A stretch of DNA of 14,904 bases from Octopus sinensis (lineage: Eukaryota). Of this stretch, positions 7,935 to 14,904 are shown piece after piece (position 1 is the first letter of the stretch; every line of letters begins with the position of its first letter). The notes beneath the pieces are model-generated. The model was not told where the DNA came from. It did not search any database and saw only the letters and a list, made by a program, of their open reading frames with translations. The stretch lies in contig NW_021825679.1 of NCBI RefSeq assembly GCF_006345805.1, forward strand, positions 1-14,904, read 5' to 3'. A program made the position numbers and the translations under genes.

Positions 7935-8010
7935 TTCATTCCTTTAGTCTTTTATTGGCTTCAATTGTCAAACCATGGTCATGCTGGGGCGCCTTGTAAT
8001 GATTTTAGTC
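7935..8010 (-). mobile_element. SINE tail-C fragment
   Basis: catggtcatgctggggcgccttg resembles positions 3-27 and the reverse complement of 12474-12500. Confidence 0.45.
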
Positions 8011-8348
8011 TGATCATATCATCTTCCCCACATCACCACCCTACTCCTCCCAAGACTTATTTTTTGCTCTGATACATGTTCTATTGATCTATATCTATTG
8101 AATTGTTAAATATTACCATTTTTGGCAGAACATCGATGTAGTTATTTTAGCTTTTGCACCATTGCACCCACACGCACATGTATATATGTTTAGACACACA
8201 CAAACACACACACATACATACACACACACACATGTATCTGTGTGTGCATATTTCATTCATTAGACTGGCTTTGCTGGGGCTATGCAGTACCCCAGCACGG
8301 TTTCAGTTTAATGAGTGAAACAAGAAAAGAAAATTATATATATATATA

Positions 8349-8497
8349 GGCACAGGGGTGGCTGTGTGGTAAGTAGCTTGCTTACCAACCACATCGTTCC
8401 GGGTTCAGTCCCACTGCGTGGCACCTTGGGCAAGTGTCTTCTACTATAGCCTCGGACCGGCCAAAGCCTTGTGAGTGAATTTGGTAGATGGAAACTC
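8349..8497 (+). mobile_element. tRNA/CORE-like SINE 5' half (family of 4193), 3' part missing
   Basis: A-box TGGCTGTGTGG at 8359-8369, B-box GGGTTCAGTCCC at 8401-8412, and accttgggcaagtgtcttctactatagcctcgg. Similarity to 4193-4345 stops at gatggaaact. Confidence 0.8.
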
Positions 8498-9591
8498 ATT
8501 ACTCCTCCAGTACTGTTCTGACCTTGTTTACAGAATTCATATTTTTTCCATCTAAATGATTTTGAAGGCTGCATAATAAATGATAATCAGATTAGGCAAT
8601 GTCCGGTAAATATGGTGGGTGGGGCATCATTTCTCATTCAAACTGCTCCAACCTATGGAATGTCATCCTCGCTGTATGTAGCCAAGCATTATCCTGATGG
8701 AAGAACACCATTTGTCTTGAAACCAAAGATGGCCGTTTTCTTCTCGCACTTACTTAAGCTGCTCAAGTTGCTCGCAGTAGATCTCCTTTATCATTTGGTT
8801 TCAGTTTAAAAGTTCAAAGTGGACTAAACCTTACATATCTTACCAAACAAATAACAACCCCTTATGTGAATGAAGACCTTTTTTAGCCTGGGGTGCAGGT
8901 GTTTCTCCTTTCCCTACCCACTGTCTTCACTGCTTGACATTTTTATAGAGAACCTATTTTTCGTCACCAGTCACTATTCGGTCCCAAAAAGGCTCATTCC
9001 TGAGACGTGACAGCAAAGAAGAGCACACATTCACACTGTGCATCCAATTAGACTTGGAAAGTTTGTGAGGAAGCCACTGACCCAATTTTCTGACTTTTCT
9101 GAGGGCATGCAGGTGTCAATGAATGGTTGAATGACCAAATCCAAGCTTCTCCGCTAGTTCCTCAAAATTACGATGGGATTTTGTTCCACCAGGGTTTGCA
9201 AGACATCCTTGTTGAGCTCTACAGATCTTCCAGGATGAGGTTCATCTTCTAGACTGTAGTTTCCAGCTCAGAATTTCTGTAACCACCGTTGACACTGGCT
9301 TATGCTTATTGCCCGATCCCCATATTCTGCATTAATATTCCTTGCACTTTCTGTTGCATTGTTGCTTTTATTGAAATCATAAAGCAAAATATGCCAAATA
9401 TGCTCCTTTGTCACTTCCATTATAGCTTTGTAAAAAATAACTGTTAAAATCGAACTGCACTCTTCAAAATTTGCACTAAGAATAAGGACAAGGTAAGATT
9501 ACTTCCTGCTATAAAGCAAGTTGATGCAGGTAGTTTATCCTGTCCCCATCCAACATTCATGCAAGTGCATTATTCATGGGATGACCCAGTA
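8498..9591 (-). mobile_element. Mariner (DD34D) DNA transposon, 3' end deleted
   Basis: Contains the transposase pseudogene. A candidate 5' TIR TACTGGGTCATCCCATGAATAATGC (9591-9567) is preceded by TA (9593-9592). No matching 3' TIR was found, so the 5' boundary is tentative. Confidence 0.85.
8499..9420 (-). pseudogene. Mariner transposase pseudogene with multiple stops and about 2 frameshifts
   Basis: Starts MEVTKEHIWHILLYDFNKSNNATESARNINAEYGD (ATG at 9420-9418). Contains QWLPHKLS (the WVPHEL motif), IVTGDEK (D at 8965-8963), FHQDNA (D at 8693-8691) and PHPPYLPDIA*SDYHL (D at 8588-8586). There are 34 residues between the second and third D. Confidence 0.95.
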
Positions 9592-9934
9592 TAACCGAAT
9601 AGCTGTGGTAGAAAGTGAATGACATGTGGAGAACATTGCTGACTTATCTTCCACTGTTACAAACCACAAATGAATAGCTAGAATTCCAAGAGGAGCTTTT
9701 TTCAATGATACAATGGATAGACAGACAGGCATACAGATAGACAGACAGAGGGGGAAAGTGTGAAGGGGGGGAGAATCTTAAGAAGAAGGAATGTAAAAGA
9801 GAGGAGAGGAAAATACAGAGAGGCAGAGAGTGGAAATGAGAAGGATGTATAGTAAAGGTGTGTGTGTGTATGTATGTATATGTGTGTGTGTATTTATATA
9901 TATATGTATGTATATATATATATATATATATATA

Positions 9935-10312
9935 CTAGCAGTATCGCCCGGCGTTGCTCAGGTTTGTAAGGGAAATAACTATAAAGCATTTTTAGAAAGT
10001 TATAGCCAAAAAATAGCAAAAAAATGGAAAAAATTATGGTAAATTTTTTTTTAGAGTAAAAAAAGGTGGAGTTGCGTCCCCTAGACAGTTTGCGGTTTGT
10101 GTTTCTGATTCTCGACCCCATGTCGAATTTATCGATTTTTTTCAGAACTGGGGGAACTTTTCAAAATTTTCGCTGCGTTAGTTTTGAATTATGACATTGG
10201 GCTATGTGTGTGTCAAGTTTCATCAGAATCGGTTGAAAGCCGTGGTCAGGGGTGAGTACAAGCAAACAGACACACAGAAACACGCACAGACAAACTGCCG
10301 TTTATATAGAGA
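9935..10312 (-). mobile_element. Non-autonomous Helitron, about 378 bp
   Basis: On the minus strand it begins A|TC (10312-10311) and ends CTAG|T (9938-9935). An imperfect GC hairpin (9947-9962) lies about 9 nt from the 3' end. It sits in a (TA)n tract with no TSD. Confidence 0.8.
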
Positions 10313-10328
10313 TATATAATAATATATA

Positions 10329-10386
<58 letters not shown>

Positions 10387-10393
10387 GTATGTA

Positions 10394-10455
<62 letters not shown>

Positions 10456-10487
10456 TATATATGTAGTATGTATTATATATATATATA

Positions 10488-10519
<32 letters not shown>

Positions 10520-10660
10520 ATGTATATATATATATATATTATATATATATCTATATATAATTAATGTCCATTTTCCCATGATTATATACACACATTGTGG
10601 AGTGTAACAGTCTTGGAGGCTTAACAACTGGTTATCAGTATTGCTATAGCAAAGCAGGAT

Positions 10661-10697
<37 letters not shown>

Positions 10698-10737
10698 ATA
10701 GACATACTATGACAAAGTGGAATTATATTCATATGTG

Positions 10738-10775
<38 letters not shown>

Positions 10776-10807
10776 CCTATATACATATGTGTATGTGTGT
10801 GTGTATA

Positions 10808-10839
<32 letters not shown>

Positions 10840-10842
10840 GTG

Positions 10843-10877
<35 letters not shown>

Positions 10878-10960
10878 ACATGTATATCTATATCTATATA
10901 TATATATATATATTTAGACATGCAAGCATGTCTAAACACACAGCACACACACACACACAA

Positions 10961-11005
<45 letters not shown>

Positions 11006-11022
11006 CATATACATATATATAC

Positions 11023-11088
<66 letters not shown>

Positions 11089-11148
11089 TTAGACATGCCT
11101 GCATGCATGTGCACACACGCACGCACACACACATATCTATGGAGAGAG

Positions 11149-11180
<32 letters not shown>

Positions 11181-11185
11181 AAGTA
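10313..11185. repeat. (TA)n, (TG)n, (CA)n and (GA)n microsatellite mosaic with short unique spacers
   Basis: Directly visible. It generates all the IY/VC/HT/ER-rich ORFs. Confidence 0.95.
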
Positions 11186-11587
11186 AGATACATAGGGAAA
11201 GAATACAAGTCAGGCAAAAGATGGAATTGACAAAAAAACAAAGACCGAAAGACTCTTTGCTAAGTATTATTAACCATTTTTCTGAATCACAGCCATCCCT
11301 AGGGATATTGCTTATCTCTCAAGTTTCCGGTGGAGTGGGGCGTTCCATTAAGTAGATAAATATCCTACTGAATAAGGGTTTTGATTTTCCTGCGGGAGAA
11401 ATGGTATTCATCTGTGCAAGGTTGGTTCCAGAACAGTCATCTACTCCACAACATTATGGCTGCAGAGAATGGTGAATCACGTTACCAGTTGTACCTACTT
11501 AAATGTATCCCTATTTAGAATAGCCAATGAGGGACCTGTCAACATAGTTGTGTGATGAGTTAGAAATCGGAGCTGAATCTCCTTTAA

Positions 11588-11808
11588 CCCTTTCGTTACT
11601 GTATTTATTTTGAGATGCTCTGTGTTTCTTTCAATTAATTTTAGATGTAACAAAGAATTTAGTAAAATAACTTCGTTGTCATTCAGCTAGTGTTAGGAAC
11701 ATAAATTATGACTAAGATTTGGTGGAAGGTTTTAATTCAGGACTTATGAAAACAAGACATTTGTACTCAGAGCCAGAGCCGGTTTCAGCCGGGTTGGTAA
11801 TGAAAGGG
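11588..11808. mobile_element. piggyBac-type MITE, 221 bp
   Basis: TTAA at 11584-11587 and 11809-11812. TIRs are CCCTTTCGTTAC (11588-11599) and GTAATGAAAGGG (11797-11808), matching at 11 of 12 positions. No ORF. Confidence 0.85.
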
Positions 11809-12059
11809 TTAAATAATAACCAACTGTCTTAGAGACACAAAAGGAAGATGCCTTATATGTGCACACACACATGGTGGAAGTCTACCCATGGTAGAGTTTG
11901 ACCCCTTCCTAAAACCATTTCATTCTAATAAGCAATCTCAAGTTTGGTCTCTTCATTGACAATGATATCTCATATGGGTTTGAAGGCTTGCAAAGGGCTA
12001 ATGAGTCATTCTACACTAATTACAAGCCAGCTCTGCACCAGCAGCCTTACTACCTAGAT

Positions 12060-12235
12060 CAGTGGGTCCCAACCAAGGATCACATCACTTTCGGGGGGGG
12101 GGGGCTCCATATAAGATTTTGTTGTTAAAATTTGTCTGCAATAAATTGGTTATACTTCTACAATACACAAAATATTTTAATTTATTTTTGTACAATTCCA
12201 AATAATCTCTAATTATAAAAATATAATAGAATATA
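12060..12235 (+). mobile_element. One end of a hAT (Charlie-like) non-autonomous element
   Basis: Begins CAGTGGGTCCCAACC, similar to hAT termini of the CAGTGGTTCCCAA type, and is preceded by ACCTAGAT, resembling the NTCTAGAN target preference. The opposite TIR was not found. Confidence 0.45.
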
Positions 12236-12238
12236 ATA

Positions 12239-12520
12239 GGCAGCGAGCTTGCAGAAACGTTAGCACGCCGGGCGAAATGCTTAGCGGTATTTTATCTGCC
12301 ACTACGTTCTGAGTTCAAATTCTGCTGAGGTTGACTTTGCTTTTCATCCTTTCGGGGCCAATTAAATAAGTACCAGTTATGCACTGGGGTCGATATAATC
12401 AACTGATAAAATAAGTACAAAGCTTAAAATAAAAAAAAAAATACTGGGGTTGATTCATTTCACCAAAATCCTTCAAGGCAATGCCCCGGCATGGTCACGG
12501 TCTAATGACAGAAATAAGAT
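12239..12520 (+). mobile_element. tRNA-derived SINE (same head as 1486), tail type C
   Basis: Head ggcagcgagcttgcagaaacgttagcacgccgggcgaaatgcttagcgg and B-box gagttcaaattc at 12311-12322. The ctgggg(tc/tt)gat motif is internally duplicated (about 12384 and 12445). It ends gacagaaataaga followed by (AAAG)n. Confidence 0.8.
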
Positions 12521-12544
12521 AGAGAAAAAGAAAGAAAGAAAGAA

Positions 12545-12674
12545 AGAAAGATAGGTATATAGATAGATAGAAATGAAATAAATAGAAAAGATAGATAGAA
12601 AAGATAGATAGATAGATAGATAGGTAGATAGATAGAAAGATAGATAGATAGATAGAGATAGATAGATAGATAGA
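12545..12674. repeat. (GATA)n microsatellite
   Basis: Directly visible. Confidence 0.9.
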
Positions 12675-13172
12675 TTTCTTTATTGGCCACGCAGGGCTAA
12701 ACACAAGGGACAAAATACAAAGTAGAGCTTTTCTTTTTGGGGAAGAAGAGAAGGGGGAAAAGCAAAAAAGGGGGGAATTCCAAATAAAAGGGATCGTGGG
12801 AAAAAGAAAAAAAAAGTAAGTGGGGCTAATCAATAGGGATCGTGTATCACAGTAATGTCAAAGTAAAAGGGGAGAACAGATTAGGTTTGTCCATGGATAG
12901 AAAAGTCTACGGAAAAGACCACAGGAACCTTGGCAATAGTGTCATGCAAAAAGAAAACACATTACAGTAAGTGGATCGCTTTTTTTCCTTTCATTTTTTT
13001 TTCTTTTGGTTCATAGGATTATGCTCAAACTGGCTCCGTCATTCACACGTGCCATCCTTGCTACATTCACCCATCTTTTTTTTTTTTAAGCATTCACTAT
13101 ACAAAACTTCCCTCTCTACTCTCACCTTCCTCTTCAAGTGATACTGGAAGAAGTTGATGAGTGATTGACCAG
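12675..13172 (-). mobile_element. 5'-truncated Tx1/L1-like LINE: ORF2 C-terminus, about 335-nt 3' UTR, and (TATC)n downstream
   Basis: ORF remnant at 13011-13176. The 3' end is ...gtgtttagccctgcgtggccaataaagaaat followed by (CTAT)n. GATA arrays lie on both sides. Confidence 0.7.
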
Positions 13173-13176
13173 ATAG
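13011..13176 (-). pseudogene. C-terminus of a Tx1-like ORF2, frameshifted in an A12 run
   Basis: [30 protein letters not shown] / [22 protein letters not shown] (stop at 13013-13011, frameshift in the T-run 13076-13087). The FF..L+.K.R.ER..L....F..RW pattern is recognised from memory as Tx1-type; not confirmed by search. Confidence 0.6.
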
Positions 13177-13227
13177 ACAGATAGATAGATAGATAGACAG
13201 ACAGACAAATAGAGAGACAGACAGGCT

Positions 13228-13297
<70 letters not shown>

Positions 13298-13327
13298 CAG
13301 ACAGACAAATAGAGAGACAGACAGGCT

Positions 13328-13377
<50 letters not shown>

Positions 13378-13407
13378 CAGACAGACAAATAGAGAGACAG
13401 ACAGGCT

Positions 13408-13449
<42 letters not shown>

Positions 13450-13492
13450 CGACAGAGACAGGCAGGCAGGCAGGCAGATAGATAGATAGATA
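13171..13492. repeat. (GATA)n array with three identical 35-nt interruptions
   Basis: GACAGACAGACAAATAGAGAGACAGACAGGCTGAT at 13196, 13296 and 13376. Confidence 0.95.
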
Positions 13493-13494
13493 AG

Positions 13495-13650
13495 TTTCTT
13501 TATTGGCCACACAGGGCTGCGCACAGATAGGACAAGTTACAAGGTAGAGCTTTTCTTTTGGGGGATGAAAAAAACAAAAAACAAAAGAAACAAAAAAAGG
13601 GGGGGGGTGGCGTAGGTTTTCAATCAAGAGGGATCGTAAAAGGGAACAAA
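13495..13650 (-). mobile_element. Second, shorter 3' end of the same Tx1-like family
   Basis: Shares tttctttattggccac.cagggct, gtagagcttttctttt.gggg and gggatcgt with 12675-12800. It has (GATA)n on the left and (AAAT)n then (GATA)n (13655-13722) on the right. Confidence 0.7.
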
Positions 13651-13689
13651 AAAATAAATAAATAAATAAATAAAATTAAAAATTAAAAA

Positions 13690-13721
<32 letters not shown>

Positions 13722-14089
13722 GAATATAGGTATACAGATAGGCAGAAAGGTGAGAAAGACAAATAGGTATGTGTATATGTTAGTTTGTAGAGTAGTATAT
13801 AGGCTTATAGATAAAAATAGGGGTTTACATTAGTAGAGTGAGGCTAAATTGTACCCAGTTTTCATATGGCTGGGTCATAAGGGCTGTCTGTGTCACAGAA
13901 AGGGGCAGGGTAATGGTGGTGGTGGTGTTGGTGGTGTTGCATTATCAGTCTGTAATATGAGTAAGCAGTTTGTCTGTCTGTTTGCCCGTCTGTCTGTTTG
14001 TCCCCATGAAACCTATTTTGAGTGTTGACTATAAACAGTTGTTTTCAGAAATCAAGAAGTCAGAGATGGTGAATGGGAAGGAGGAAAGA

Positions 14090-14600
14090 AAGAATGGGAG
14101 AGAGAGAGAGGGAGAGGGAGGGAAAGAGCAAGAGAGATGAAGATATAGGGAGGGAAAGAGAGAAAGTGAGAGAGAGAGAGAGAGAGATGAAGATATAGGG
14201 AGGGAAAGAGAGAAAGTGAGAGAGAGAGAAAGAGAGGAGGAAGTAGAGAAAGAGAGATGAAGATTTAGGGAGGGAAGGAGAGAAAGTGAGAGAAAGAGAT
14301 GAAGATATAGGGAGGGAAAGAGAGAAAGTGTGGGAGAGAGAGAGAGATGAAGACATAGGGAGGGAAAGAGAGAAAGTGTGGGAGAGAGAGAACGAAAGAG
14401 ATGAAGATATAGGGAGGGAAAGAGAGAAAGTGTGGGAGAGAGAGAACGAAAGAGATGAAGATATAGGGAGGGAAAGAGAGAGAGAGAGAGAGATGAAGAT
14501 ATAGGGAGGGAAAGAGAGAAAGTGTGGGAGAGAGAGAAAGAAAGAGAGGAGGAAGTAGAGAAAGAGAGAGAAGGAGAGAAAGAAAGAGAGAAAGAAAGAA
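14090..14600 (+). repeat. Purine-rich minisatellite, unit about 40-50 bp (GAGATGAAGATATAGGGAGGGAAAGAGAGAAAGTG...)
   Basis: The core gatgaagatatagggagggaaagagaga recurs about 9 times with variable (GA)n linkers. Confidence 0.9.
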
Positions 14601-14689
14601 AGAAAAAGAGAGAAAGGATGGCCTACAGAGCAAAAGAGAAAGAGAGATGAAACAAGGAGAGACAGAATGGGGACAGAATGTTAGAGAGG

Positions 14690-14904
14690 ATAGAAGAAAG
14701 AAAGAATGGAAGGAAGGAAGAAAAAAAGGAAGGAAGGAAGGAAGGAAGGAAGAAAGGCAGGAAGGAAGAAAGGAAGGAAGGAAGGCAGGAAGGATGGAAG
14801 GAAGAAAGAAAGGAAGGAAGGAATGAAGGAAGGCAGGGAGGAAGGAAGAAAGAAAGGAAGGAAGGAAGAGAAAGGAAGGAAGGAAGGAAGAAAGGAAGGA
14901 AGGA
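14690..14904 (+). repeat. (GGAA)n microsatellite running off the window end
   Basis: Directly visible. Confidence 0.95.

Noticed and set aside
7529-7939. Poly-N/D/I/M ORFs
   Set aside because: They are (AAT)n/(GAT)n translations.
10252-11355. 244-aa and overlapping IY/VC/HT-rich ORFs
   Set aside because: They are dinucleotide microsatellite translations.
11913-12128. 71-codon ATG-less open frame (NHFILISNLKFGLFIDNDISYGFEGLQRANESFY...)
   Set aside because: It runs through the hAT-like terminus and a G12 run, has no clear splice sites and no recognisable domain. This length is plausible by chance.
12495-13627. IYLS-repeat ORFs (112-176 aa)
   Set aside because: They are (TATC)n translations. 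Only the non-repetitive 13011-13176 segment is kept, as a LINE remnant.
13950-14010. Possible second Helitron 5' end (gcagtttgtctgtctgtttg)
   Set aside because: Only a short, low-complexity match to 10280-10300 (minus strand), with no TC start or CTAG end.

Overview
This is eukaryotic, AT-rich, repeat-saturated DNA with no recognisable intact host gene. The SINE families and microsatellite load resemble a coleoid cephalopod (octopus-like) genome; that is recognition from memory, not a database result. Nearly all long ORFs in the track are microsatellite translations. The window contains at least four tRNA-headed SINE families and two decayed non-LTR retrotransposon 3' ends: an R4/Dong-like one with a restriction-like endonuclease inside a (TAA)n array, and a Tx1/L1-like one (two copies) inside (GATA)n arrays. 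It also has a near-complete mariner DD34D transposase pseudogene, a non-autonomous Helitron, a piggyBac-type MITE, one hAT-like end, and one or two weak candidate minus-strand exons near 460-670. The best novelty candidates are: (1) a tRNA-headed element at 76-385 carrying a Penelope-type minimal hammerhead ribozyme fold; (2) a Tx1-like LINE apparently specific for (GATA)n/(TATC)n; (3) a SINE at 1486-1718 whose 3' end matches that LINE, and whose head and body also occur with two other tails.
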